A DNA stretch of 64,000 bases from Verrucomicrobiota bacterium (GTDB lineage: Bacteria > Verrucomicrobiota > Verrucomicrobiia > Opitutales > UBA953), in assembly GCA_046052185.1 (NCBI GenBank), contig JBJOMV010000002.1:5550-69549 (forward strand), written 5' to 3'. The stretch's first letter is position 1; each line of letters starts with the position of its first letter. The notes below the pieces were generated by a model. The model ran no database searches, was not told the origin of the DNA, and worked only from the letters and a program-made list of their open reading frames with translations. This document shows, in pieces, positions 24,784 through 33,898 of this stretch. The position numbers were made by a program, and so were the translations under genes.

Positions 24784-25245
24784 ATGTCCTCCGAACCGAC
24801 TCCTCCCTTCGACGGCCCCCAGCTGGGCGACACGGTCGAAGGCCTCACGCTCATCGCGGTCGGCATCCGGGATACGTTCACCGAAGTCCTCCCGGCGCAC
24901 CGCGAGGCCTTCACGCTGCTCAACGAATGGATGAGCGGCATCCGCCTCTATGAGCTCGAGGACGCCCTCGACCTCGACGCCAACTTCTGGGACGAGCTCC
25001 TCGACTGCGACTACGAGGTCGGCGAAGGCGAGATCGACGGCGAAAAGCCCGGCGAGATGGTGACCATCTACGACGTCTGGGCTGACGCCCAGCAGGCCGA
25101 GGCCTGCCTCGACAAGCTCTGCGCCCGGCTGGAAGAACTGAAGGCCATGGCGACGGACCTCCTGCCTCCCGGCCTGCACAACGCCGCGAAGTCGCACCAG
25201 ACGCCGACCGAGACGCTCAAGCTGATCGCTCAGCTGTCGGACTGA
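24784..25245 (+). CDS. acidic hypothetical protein
   Basis: 153 aa, Asp/Glu-rich but of normal complexity. No family recognised. Confidence 0.5.
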   Translation: MSSEPTPPFDGPQLGDTVEGLTLIAVGIRDTFTEVLPAHREAFTLLNEWMSGIRLYELEDALDLDANFWDELLDCDYEVGEGEIDGEKPGEMVTIYDVWADAQQAEACLDKLCARLEELKAMATDLLPPGLHNAAKSHQTPTETLKLIAQLSD

Positions 25246-26385
25246 TCACTCGCTTCGCAGCCAGGCCAGCGAGGTCTTCCGCAGGCGCATCACGTTGAGG
25301 TAGGTCTTCTTGGCGCTGTCACCGGCGCAGTAGGCAAGCAGCACGTCATCGCCGACGAAGTGGATGGCCGTGTAGCAATACCAGCCATCGGGGTCGCCCT
25401 CCAGGAGCTTGTGCCGGCCCCAGGTGGCCCCGCCGTCGGTTGAGATCGCGGCCACGAGCGGACTACGCCGGCCCTTGGGAAACGCGAAGCGGCCCGAGTG
25501 GTCGTTGTAGATCGCCAGGAGTTCGGCCGAACCCGGGATACGCTTGATGCTGGCGGGGGAAACGGGCGAAGCGAGCGTCGTGGGAGCCGGGGCGGTCCAG
25601 TTCTTGCCGCCGTCCTTCGATTCGAAGCCGTACTGAAAGCCCGCGTCCGTCCGCGCCCAGGAAAAAAGCAGGCCATCAGCACGCTCGACCACTCCAGGCT
25701 CCTGGAGGCCGCTGCCTGATCGCACCGGCATCGCCCACCAGTTGGCGGCTTCTTGCCATGTCTTCCCGTCGTCATCCGAGGTGATCCACAGGGCGATCGC
25801 CCGCGCGTCGAAGGAACGGCTGCTCGACGGATCCTGACCGCGCGAACGGTGGAAAGCGAGCGGCAGGATCAGCCGGCCCTTGGAGGTCTGGATGAGCCGA
25901 TCGTTGTTGGCCACGAAATAACCCGGCGCCTGCAGGATGAGCCTCGGGGCGGACCAGGTCGCGCCGTCGTCCTCCGAGGTCCGCAGATACGGACGGCAAT
26001 CCACCCAGCTGTTCTTCACCAGGTAAACCATATGCAACTTGCCGCTGGCGGCGCGCAGCAGCGAGACGCTCATCACGTTACAGCGGCCTTCATTCTCAAC
26101 AATCGTGCGCGGGGCGCTCCACGTGAGTCCACGGTCGTCGGAATGGATCTGTGCGATATGGGCCGGATCATCGTCGTAGCCCTTTCCCCCGCTATAGGCC
26201 GAGTAGCAGAAGATGATCCGCCCGGAGCCAAGCGTCGCGAAAGCCCCCTCTGAGTTACGGGGATTCTCCGACGTAGGCGCGACCGTCAGCAGCACCTTAT
26301 TGGCAGCGACGTCGAAAGGCTTCTGATCGAAAGCATGGGACGAAACGGTCGCCACCCAAAGCCACAGTATCAGGAAAATCTTCAT
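25246..26385 (-). CDS. BNR/Asp-box repeat sialidase-like glycoside hydrolase (GH33-like)
   Basis: Signal peptide plus five Asp-box motifs (SDDRGLTWS, SEDDGATWS, SDDDGKTWQ, SKDGGKNWT, STDGGATWG). Confidence 0.85.
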   Translation of the reverse strand: MKIFLILWLWVATVSSHAFDQKPFDVAANKVLLTVAPTSENPRNSEGAFATLGSGRIIFCYSAYSGGKGYDDDPAHIAQIHSDDRGLTWSAPRTIVENEGRCNVMSVSLLRAASGKLHMVYLVKNSWVDCRPYLRTSEDDGATWSAPRLILQAPGYFVANNDRLIQTSKGRLILPLAFHRSRGQDPSSSRSFDARAIALWITSDDDGKTWQEAANWWAMPVRSGSGLQEPGVVERADGLLFSWARTDAGFQYGFESKDGGKNWTAPAPTTLASPVSPASIKRIPGSAELLAIYNDHSGRFAFPKGRRSPLVAAISTDGGATWGRHKLLEGDPDGWYCYTAIHFVGDDVLLAYCAGDSAKKTYLNVMRLRKTSLAWLRSE

Positions 26386-27920
26386 TTTTTCTTCGCCTTG
26401 GCCTTACCGGCGGAGCTCTTCTTGATCAGTTGGACAGGGACGTCGTTCTTGAGGTCTTCGCCGGGCGTGCTCCGTCCGCGGGCGATGATCTTCTCGAGCT
26501 CGGCCCTCATGGCCGCGACGCGTTCAGGGTACTGGGCCTGAAGGTTATTCTTTTCCCCGGGATCTTTGGAAAGGTCGTAAAGCTGCACGGGCGGCAGGCC
26601 GGCCTCCTCAGGACCGGGCTTGGGCGAACTCCAACCGCCCGAGCCGGCGCTGAGGCAGAGTTTCCACGGGCCGTCACGGAAGGCGAAGCTGCCGTTGATG
26701 GACTGGCTGACGATGCCCTGGCGGACCGTCGGCTTCTCGCCGCGCAGGACAGGCAGGAAACTCACGCTATCCTCGCCCATCGTCGCAGGGACGGCGGCGC
26801 CGGTGATCTCGGCGAAGGTCGCAAGGAAATCGATCTGGCCGACGAGCGCGTCGCTGACGCCCGGCTTCACCTTGGCCGGCCAGCGCACGAGGAACGGCAC
26901 GCGATGGCCGCCTTCGTAGAGGTCCGCCTTGTTACCGCGATAAATGTAGCTCGGCTCATGACCGGCCTTCTGGAGCTCGGGGATATGGGCCGCGGTCGAG
27001 CAGCCGTTGTCCGAGGTGAAGACGACGAGGGTATTCTCCGTCAGGCCCTGCTTATCGAGCGCCGCGAGCAGACGACCGACGTCATGGTCGACCTGTTTGA
27101 CAAAGTCCGCGTAAGGGCTGATCCCGCTCGAACCTTGGAACTCCTTGGTCGGCACGATCGGCGTGTGAGGGGCGTTGAGCGGCACGTAGGCGAAGAACGG
27201 CTTGGCGGGGTCGGCCTTCTTCTGGCCTTCGATGAAGGCGATGGTCTGATCGATGACCGAAGGCATCACGTCCACGGCCTCGAACTTCGGACCGGCGGGA
27301 CCCGTGCGCAGCCAGGTCTTGGTAGCGCTGGGAGTCTCCGTCATGCGACGGTCCTTGATCCAGACGAACGGAGGCATGTCCAACGAGGCGCTGATGCCGA
27401 AGAAGGTTTCGAAGCCATGGTCGACAGGGCCGTCCAAGATATCACGCCCATAATCAACCGAGGCCGCATCCTGGAACGCTTTGCCGAAGTTACCACCGTC
27501 GTCGGCGACACCGCCGTTCTTCAGCGGAAAACTCATGCCGAGATGCCACTTGCCGAAACACCCCGTCGCGTAGCCCTGCTGCTTGAGCAGGCCGGCGATC
27601 GTCAGCCGATCCTTCGCGATCAGCGGGGTCGAGAAACCGCCGAGCACGCCCGACTGGAGCTTGGTACGCCAGTGGTAGCGTCCGGTGAGCAGGCTGTAGC
27701 GGGTCGGCGTGCAGACGCCTGACGACGTATGTCCGTCGGTGAACCGCACTCCGCCCTTGGCCAGGGCATCCAGTTGCGGGGTCGCGATCTTGCTCTGCGG
27801 GTTGTTGGCGCCGAGGTCGCCGAAGCCTTGGTCGTCGGCCAGGATGACGATGATATTGGGCCGGTCGGCGGCGACCAGGGCCAAGGACATCAGCCAACCG
27901 CAAAGCAGGAGTAAGCGCAT
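26382..27920 (-). CDS. arylsulfatase (formylglycine-dependent sulfatase family)
   Basis: 512 aa with a signal peptide and the CTPTRYSLLTGRY sulfatase signature. Its stop overlaps the downstream gene start by 4 nt. Confidence 0.9.
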   Translation of the reverse strand: MRLLLLCGWLMSLALVAADRPNIIVILADDQGFGDLGANNPQSKIATPQLDALAKGGVRFTDGHTSSGVCTPTRYSLLTGRYHWRTKLQSGVLGGFSTPLIAKDRLTIAGLLKQQGYATGCFGKWHLGMSFPLKNGGVADDGGNFGKAFQDAASVDYGRDILDGPVDHGFETFFGISASLDMPPFVWIKDRRMTETPSATKTWLRTGPAGPKFEAVDVMPSVIDQTIAFIEGQKKADPAKPFFAYVPLNAPHTPIVPTKEFQGSSGISPYADFVKQVDHDVGRLLAALDKQGLTENTLVVFTSDNGCSTAAHIPELQKAGHEPSYIYRGNKADLYEGGHRVPFLVRWPAKVKPGVSDALVGQIDFLATFAEITGAAVPATMGEDSVSFLPVLRGEKPTVRQGIVSQSINGSFAFRDGPWKLCLSAGSGGWSSPKPGPEEAGLPPVQLYDLSKDPGEKNNLQAQYPERVAAMRAELEKIIARGRSTPGEDLKNDVPVQLIKKSSAGKAKAKKK

Positions 27921-28028
27921 GGTGGGGTGACCCTTCGATAGACCGCAGGTTCCCGCTCCGCAACCCTCGCCTCGACCCTATCTTGTTTGCCTCCGGCCAG
28001 CCCCTCCCCTATCCCCTGACCTCTCTCC

Positions 28029-29618
28029 ATGTCTTCCCTCCTCGGCTCCTCTTTCATCGGCTTCGCCCGCGGCCAGTCCCGCACCGCGCCCTACCGCTCC
28101 GTGAATCCCGCCACCGCCGTCGCCCTGGAGCCGGACTTCTTCCCCGCCACCGCGGCCGAGGCGGACCACGCGTGCGCCCTGGCCGAACAGGCCACCCCGG
28201 TACTCGCCGCCCTTTCCGGCCAGAAGAAGGCCGCCTTCCTCCGCGACATCGCGACGCGCATCGAAGCCGCCACCCCCGCCCTCGTCGCCCGCGCGACGCA
28301 GGAGACCGGCCTCCCCGAGGCGCGTTGCCAAGGCGAGATCGGCCGCACGATGGGCCAACTGCGGCTCTTCGCCGACCTCGTCGAGAAAGGCGACTGGATC
28401 GACGCCCGCATCGAGACCGCCAACCCGGACCGCAAGCCCCTGCCCAAGCCGGACCACCGCTCGCTCCTCCGCCCCGTCGGGCCCGTGGCCGTCTTCTGTG
28501 CCAGCAACTTCCCCTTCGCCTACTCCGTCGCCGGCGGCGACACCGCCTCGGCCTTCGCCGCGGGCTGCCCCGTCATCGTGATGGCGCACCACGCGCACGT
28601 CGGCACCGCCGAGATCATGGGCGGCCTCATCGTCGAAGCCGTCAAGGCCGCCGGTCTCCCCGAAGGCACCTTCTCGCTCCTGATGGGCGAAGGCCGCATC
28701 ATCGGCCAGCAGGTCGCCAAGCACCCCGCCCTCCGTGCCATCGGCTTCACCGGCTCCCGCGTCGGCGGCCGCGCCTTGATGGACACCGCCGCCGCGCGCC
28801 CGACGCCCATCCCCGTCTACGCCGAGATGAGCAGCGTCAACCCCGTCGTCCTGCTTGAAGGCGCCCTCGCCGCCCGCGGCGAAGCCATCGCCACCGGTCT
28901 GGTCGGTTCGTGCACGCTGGGCGTCGGTCAGTTCTGCACCCAGCCCGGCCTCATCGTCCTGGTTCGTTCCGCGGCCGCCGAAGCCTTCGTCGCCAAGCTC
29001 TCCGCGCTCTTCAACGAATGCGCCGATGGCGTCATGCTCACCGCCGGCATCCATCAGGCGTATCAGCGCGGCGTCACGGCCCGCTCCGCCCAGAGCGGCG
29101 TCAAGGTGATCGCCCAAGGCAAGTCCAGCGGCCAGCCCAACCGCGCCGTCGCCACGCTCTTCGCGACCGAAGCCAAGACCTTCGTCGCCGACGCCTCCCT
29201 CCAGGAAGAGATCTTCGGCCCGAGCTCGCTCGTCATCTGGTGCGCCGACTCGCGCGAGGTCGACGCCGTCCTCGGCGCCCTGCACGGCAACCTCACCGCG
29301 ACCGTCCACGGAACCGACGCCGAACTCGGCCAGCACGCCGCGCTCATCGCCCGCCTCGAGGCCGTCGCCGGCCGCGTCGTCATCAACGGTTTCCCTACCG
29401 GCGTCGAAGTCTCGCACGCCATCGTGCACGGCGGACCTTATCCGTCGCTCTCGGACGGCCGCACCACGTCCGTCGGCTCCAACGCCATCTTCCGCTTCAC
29501 GCGTCTCGTCTGCTTCCAGAACTATCCGGACGCCGCCCTGCCCGCCGAACTGCGCAACGCCAATCCCCTCGGCCTCTCTCGCCTCATCAACGGCACCCGC
29601 TCCATCGCCGCCATCTAA
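28029..29618 (+). CDS. aldehyde dehydrogenase, likely 2,5-dioxovalerate (alpha-ketoglutarate semialdehyde) dehydrogenase
   Basis: 529 aa of the ALDH superfamily (EIFGPS, catalytic Cys context GQFCTQPG). Operon context with kdgD and gudD supports the assignment. Confidence 0.8.
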   Translation: MSSLLGSSFIGFARGQSRTAPYRSVNPATAVALEPDFFPATAAEADHACALAEQATPVLAALSGQKKAAFLRDIATRIEAATPALVARATQETGLPEARCQGEIGRTMGQLRLFADLVEKGDWIDARIETANPDRKPLPKPDHRSLLRPVGPVAVFCASNFPFAYSVAGGDTASAFAAGCPVIVMAHHAHVGTAEIMGGLIVEAVKAAGLPEGTFSLLMGEGRIIGQQVAKHPALRAIGFTGSRVGGRALMDTAAARPTPIPVYAEMSSVNPVVLLEGALAARGEAIATGLVGSCTLGVGQFCTQPGLIVLVRSAAAEAFVAKLSALFNECADGVMLTAGIHQAYQRGVTARSAQSGVKVIAQGKSSGQPNRAVATLFATEAKTFVADASLQEEIFGPSSLVIWCADSREVDAVLGALHGNLTATVHGTDAELGQHAALIARLEAVAGRVVINGFPTGVEVSHAIVHGGPYPSLSDGRTTSVGSNAIFRFTRLVCFQNYPDAALPAELRNANPLGLSRLINGTRSIAAI

Positions 29619-29619
29619 T

Positions 29620-29651
29620 CCTGTCCCTAGCCCCAGCCCTGTCCCTAGCCC
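29620..29651 (+). repeat. 14-bp direct repeat CCTGTCCCTAGCCC x2 (period 18)
   Basis: Copies at 29620..29633 and 29638..29651, in the 44-nt spacer between the ALDH stop and the kdgD start. Confidence 0.85.
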
Positions 29652-29662
29652 TCTTTCGTCCC

Positions 29663-30574
29663 ATGACCCCCCTCGAACTCCAGAAGGTCCTCTCCTCCGG
29701 ACTGCTCTCCTTCCCGATCACCGATTTCCAGGCCAACGGCGACTTCGACGCCGCCGGCTACGCCAAGCGCCTGCGGTGGCTCGCGCCCTACGGCGCCACC
29801 GCGCTCTTCGCCGCAGGCGGCACGGGTGAGTTCTTCTCCCTCGAACCCAAGGAATACTCCGCCGTCATCAAGACCGCGGTCGACACCTGCGACGGACTCG
29901 TCCCGATCCTCGCCGGCGCCGGCGGCCCGACGCGCGTGGCCATCCAATACGCGCAGGAAGCCGAACGCCTCGGCGCCAAGGGCATCCTCCTCCTGCCGCA
30001 CTACCTCACCGAGACCAACCAGGAAGGCGTCGCCGCGCACGTCGACCAGGTCTGCAAGTCCGTCAAGATCGGCGTGGTGGTCTACAACCGCAACGTCTGC
30101 CGCCTCCAGCCGCACCACCTCGAGAAGCTCGCGGCGAACAACCCCAACCTCATCGGTTACAAGGACGGCTTCGGCGACATCGAGCTCATGGTCTCGATCC
30201 GCCGCCGCATGGGCGACCGCTTCAGCTACCTCGGCGGCCTCCCGACCGCCGAAGTCTACGCCGCGGCCTACAAGGCCATGGGCGTGCCGGTCTACTCCTC
30301 CGCGGTGTTCAATTTCATCCCGCAGACCGCGATGGACTTCTACCATGCCGTCGCGAAGGAAGACCACGCGACGCAGAACCGCCTGCTCGACACCTTCTTC
30401 CTGCCCTACCTCGAGATCCGCAACAAGAGCGCCGGCTACGCCGTGAGCATCATCAAGGCCGGCGCCACGATCGTCGGTCACGGCGCAGGCCCCGTGCGCG
30501 CCCCGCTCACGGACCTCAAGCCGGCCGAACTCGAGCAGCTCGCCGCCCTGATCGCCAAAGCCGGCGTCAAGTAA
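29663..30574 (+). CDS. kdgD: 5-dehydro-4-deoxyglucarate dehydratase
   Basis: Internal ATG of ORF 28910..30574. [22 protein letters not shown]...GGTGEFFSL, DapA-like class I aldolase fold, about 303 aa. Confidence 0.85.
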   Translation: MTPLELQKVLSSGLLSFPITDFQANGDFDAAGYAKRLRWLAPYGATALFAAGGTGEFFSLEPKEYSAVIKTAVDTCDGLVPILAGAGGPTRVAIQYAQEAERLGAKGILLLPHYLTETNQEGVAAHVDQVCKSVKIGVVVYNRNVCRLQPHHLEKLAANNPNLIGYKDGFGDIELMVSIRRRMGDRFSYLGGLPTAEVYAAAYKAMGVPVYSSAVFNFIPQTAMDFYHAVAKEDHATQNRLLDTFFLPYLEIRNKSAGYAVSIIKAGATIVGHGAGPVRAPLTDLKPAELEQLAALIAKAGVK

Positions 30575-30580
30575 GCCCGG

Positions 30581-31927
30581 ATGCGCGAGCCCGAGCTCCA
30601 GTCCGCGGTCTCCAAGGTCAAATGGCGGGTGCTCCCGCTCTTCGTCGTGATGTTCATCGTGAACTACATCGACCGGGTGAACATCAGCTTCATCAAGGAG
30701 CAGCTCGGCGCCGAGCTCGGTATCGGCGACCTCGCCTACGGCTTCGGGGCGGGACTCTTCTTCTGGGGCTACGCCCTGCTGGAAGTCCCGGCCAACCTCG
30801 CGCTCGAGCGCCTCGGCGCCCGCCGCTGGCTGACGACCATCGCCGTGACCTGGGGCCTGCTGGCGACCGCGCTGGCGTTCGTCCGCAACGAGTATGAATT
30901 CTACGCGCTGCGCTTCGCGCTCGGCGCCGCGGAAGCCGGCTTCTTCCCCGGGGTCGTCTATTACTTCACCCGCTGGCTGCCGGCCGCCGACCGAGGCAAG
31001 GCGATGGCCATCTTCCTGAGCGGCTCCGCGATCGCGACGATCATCTCCGGACCGCTCTCCGCCCTCCTGCTGCAACTCAGCATCCCCGGGCTGCAGCCCT
31101 GGCAGTGGATGATCGTCCTGGAAGGCGCGTTCTCCGTCCTGATGGCGGGCGTGCTCTGGCTCTTGCTGGAATCCGACATCAGCCAAGCCCGCTGGCTGTC
31201 CTCCGCCGAACGCGAGGCGCTCGACCGGACGCTGGCCGCGGAACGTGCGAGCGCGACGCGCCCCGGCACCGTCGACAAGCTGACCTTGCTCACGTCGCCC
31301 ATGGTCCTCGGTTTCTGCGGCATTTATTTCGCGATCCAGCTCACGATCTATGCCGTCACCTTCTGGCTGCCCGCGATCATCAAGGAGATGCTCGCGTCGC
31401 CGGCCCCGCACGGCGGACTCCTCGGCCTGACCGAACAGTTCGTCCGCTGGCTCGGCTACGCCGACCCTAAGGCCGTCGCGGCGATGTCGGGCGGCTTCCT
31501 CAACTCGCTGCCGTGGATCGTCTCCATCATCGGCATGATCGTCGCCGCCCATGCCGCCGCGCGCTGGAAGCATCCGCAAGTCTGGGTGGCGGTGGCGCTC
31601 GTCGTCGCCGGCCTCGGCATGCTGGTCGCCGGCTTCTCCGCGCCCGCCGTCGCCTTCGGCGCCATCTGCTTCGCCGCGCTCGGCTTCAAGTCGGCGGCTT
31701 CCCTGTTCTGGCCGCTGCCGCAGCAAAGCCTCGACCCGCGCATCGCCGCCGCCGGCATCGCCCTGATCAATTCGTTGGGCAACCTGGGCGGCTGGGCCGC
31801 GCCCATCGCCTTCGGCTGGATCAAGCAGAGCACCGGCTCCGTCTATTACGGCCTATACTTCCTCGCCTTCACCTCGCTCCTCACCGCCGCCTTGGTCTTC
31901 GCCACCCGCCCCAAGCCCCAAGCCTGA
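30581..31927 (+). CDS. MFS transporter (anionic sugar-acid / glucarate-type)
   Basis: 448 aa, 12-TM-like hydrophobic pattern with a DRxGxRR-like loop (LERLGARRW). Sits in the glucarate operon. Confidence 0.8.
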   Translation: MREPELQSAVSKVKWRVLPLFVVMFIVNYIDRVNISFIKEQLGAELGIGDLAYGFGAGLFFWGYALLEVPANLALERLGARRWLTTIAVTWGLLATALAFVRNEYEFYALRFALGAAEAGFFPGVVYYFTRWLPAADRGKAMAIFLSGSAIATIISGPLSALLLQLSIPGLQPWQWMIVLEGAFSVLMAGVLWLLLESDISQARWLSSAEREALDRTLAAERASATRPGTVDKLTLLTSPMVLGFCGIYFAIQLTIYAVTFWLPAIIKEMLASPAPHGGLLGLTEQFVRWLGYADPKAVAAMSGGFLNSLPWIVSIIGMIVAAHAAARWKHPQVWVAVALVVAGLGMLVAGFSAPAVAFGAICFAALGFKSAASLFWPLPQQSLDPRIAAAGIALINSLGNLGGWAAPIAFGWIKQSTGSVYYGLYFLAFTSLLTAALVFATRPKPQA

Positions 31928-31942
31928 CCTAGCCAGTCACTA

Positions 31943-31970
31943 CCCCTACCCCTGCCCCTACCCCTACCCC
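31943..31970 (+). repeat. hexamer tract: five C4 runs with 2-nt spacers (G4-forming on minus strand)
   Basis: CCCCTACCCCTGCCCCTACCCCTACCCC lies between the transporter stop (31927) and the gudD ATG (31979). Confidence 0.9.
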
Positions 31971-31978
31971 TTTCAGCC

Positions 31979-33304
31979 ATGTCCTCCCCTCTCATCCAAT
32001 CCGTCCGTGTCGTGCCAGTCGCCGGCCATGACAGCATGCTGCTCAACCTCAGCGGCGCGCATGGTCCTTTCTTCACGCGCAACATCGTCCTGATCACCGA
32101 CAACTCCGGACGCACCGGCCTCGGCGAAGTCCCGGGCGGCGAGAAGATCCGCCAGACCGTCGAAGACGCCGCGCCGATGCTCGTCGGAAAAGAGATCGCC
32201 GCCTACGAAAAGCTCCTCGCGGAGATCGGCGCGACTTTCTCGGACCGCGACGCCGGCGGCCGCGGCCTGCAGACCTTCGACCTGCGCGTGACCATCCACG
32301 CTGTCACGGCGATCGAGTCCGCCCTGCTCGACCTTCTCGGCCAGTTCCAAGGCAAGCCCGTCGCCGCCCTGCTCGGCAAAGGCCAGCAGCGCGCCGAAGT
32401 CGAGATGCTCGGCTACCTGTTCTTCATCGGCGACCGCCGCAAGACGACCCTGGGCTACCGCGATGAGTCCGGTTCCGCGCACGCGTGGCATCGCCTCCGC
32501 AATGAGGAAGCCCTCACCCCAGAGAGCATCGTGCGCCAGGCCGAGGCCGCGCAGGAACGTTTCGGTTTCCAAGACTTCAAGCTCAAGGGCGGCGTCCTTA
32601 GCCCCGCGCGCGAGATCGAAGCCGTCCGCGCCCTCGCCGCCCGCTTCCCGCAGGCGAGCATCACCCTCGACCCCAACGGCGCCTGGCTCCTCAAGGAAGC
32701 CATCGAAGTCTGCCAGAACCTGAAGGGCGTGCTCGCCTACGCCGAGGATCCGTGCGGCGCCGAAGCCGGCTTCTCCGGCCGCGAGATCATGGCGGAGTTC
32801 AAGCAGGCCACCGGCCTCCGCACCGCCACGAACATGGTCGCGACGGACTGGCGCCAGCTCGACCACGCGCTGAAGCTGCAGGCGGTCGACATCCCGCTCG
32901 CCGACCCGCACTTCTGGACCATGCAAGGGTCGGTGCAGGTCGCGCAGGTCTGTCAGGAACGCGGCCTCACCTGGGGTTCGCATTCGAACAACCATTTCGA
33001 CATCTCCCTCGCGATGTTCACGCACGTCGGCGCCGCCGCACCGGGCGACGTCACCGCGATGGACACGCATTGGATCTGGCAGGAAGGCCAGCGACTCACG
33101 AAGGAGCCCCTGCAGATCAAGGGCGGCAAGATCGCCGTCCCGCAGAAGCCCGGCCTCGGCGTCGAGATCGACCCGGCCCAGCTCGAAGCCGCCCACCAGC
33201 TTTACCTGAAGCTGCCGTCCGGCTCGCGCGATGACGCGGTCGCGATGCAGTTCCTGATTCCCGGCTGGAAATTCGACCCCAAGAAGCCCTGCCTGGTGCG
33301 CTGA
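31979..33304 (+). CDS. gudD: glucarate dehydratase (enolase superfamily)
   Basis: 441 aa. [18 protein letters not shown]...FKLKGG...DPNGAW match GudD-type mandelate racemase/muconate-lactonizing enzyme (MR/MLE) family blocks. Confidence 0.88.
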   Translation: MSSPLIQSVRVVPVAGHDSMLLNLSGAHGPFFTRNIVLITDNSGRTGLGEVPGGEKIRQTVEDAAPMLVGKEIAAYEKLLAEIGATFSDRDAGGRGLQTFDLRVTIHAVTAIESALLDLLGQFQGKPVAALLGKGQQRAEVEMLGYLFFIGDRRKTTLGYRDESGSAHAWHRLRNEEALTPESIVRQAEAAQERFGFQDFKLKGGVLSPAREIEAVRALAARFPQASITLDPNGAWLLKEAIEVCQNLKGVLAYAEDPCGAEAGFSGREIMAEFKQATGLRTATNMVATDWRQLDHALKLQAVDIPLADPHFWTMQGSVQVAQVCQERGLTWGSHSNNHFDISLAMFTHVGAAAPGDVTAMDTHWIWQEGQRLTKEPLQIKGGKIAVPQKPGLGVEIDPAQLEAAHQLYLKLPSGSRDDAVAMQFLIPGWKFDPKKPCLVR

Positions 33305-33353
33305 AACGAGATTAAGCGATGGCCATGCAACGGCTCCGAGGTAAGGTAGGCCC

Positions 33354-33896
33354 ATGAACAAGACCTCCCTCGCCATCACCGCCGCCTTCTGCGTGGCCAT
33401 CGGTTTCCTCATCGCCCGGCTCGTCGGTCCGTCCGAGACCCCGGCCCCCGCCAAGGTGGAAAAGGCCGTCGTCGCCGCCCCGGCGCCGGCTCCGCAGCCG
33501 GCCAAGGCCGCCGCGCCCAAGCCTGTCGCCGCGACACCCGCCAAGCGTCCGCAGCTGGACGAAGCCACCCGCGCGCGCATGAAGGCTTTCGGCGAAGAGA
33601 CCAAGCAGATGGCGCTCGCGCTCGCCGGCGGCGACGAGAAGAAGCTCGGCCAGGCGGTCCGCAACGGCATGACCAATCCGGCCTCCGCCGAACTGATCAA
33701 GCGTGGCCGCGAACTCGGCGAGGCCTTCCGCGCCGCGGAGACCGACGCCGAACGCGAAGCCCTGACGCCGCAAGTGACCGCCCTACGGGAGGAGGCCTTC
33801 GGCATCATCCGCGAGGAACTCGCGAAGATCGACGCAGGCGCCCCGCCGGCCCCGGCGGCCCCCGCCCCGGTCATCCCGGCGCAGGGCTTGATGTAA
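33354..33896 (+). CDS. membrane-anchored Ala/Pro-rich hypothetical protein
   Basis: 180 aa with an N-terminal TM (LAITAAFCVAIGFLIARL), then an A/P-rich linker and a helical region. Confidence 0.55.
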   Translation: MNKTSLAITAAFCVAIGFLIARLVGPSETPAPAKVEKAVVAAPAPAPQPAKAAAPKPVAATPAKRPQLDEATRARMKAFGEETKQMALALAGGDEKKLGQAVRNGMTNPASAELIKRGRELGEAFRAAETDAEREALTPQVTALREEAFGIIREELAKIDAGAPPAPAAPAPVIPAQGLM

Positions 33897-33898
33897 GG

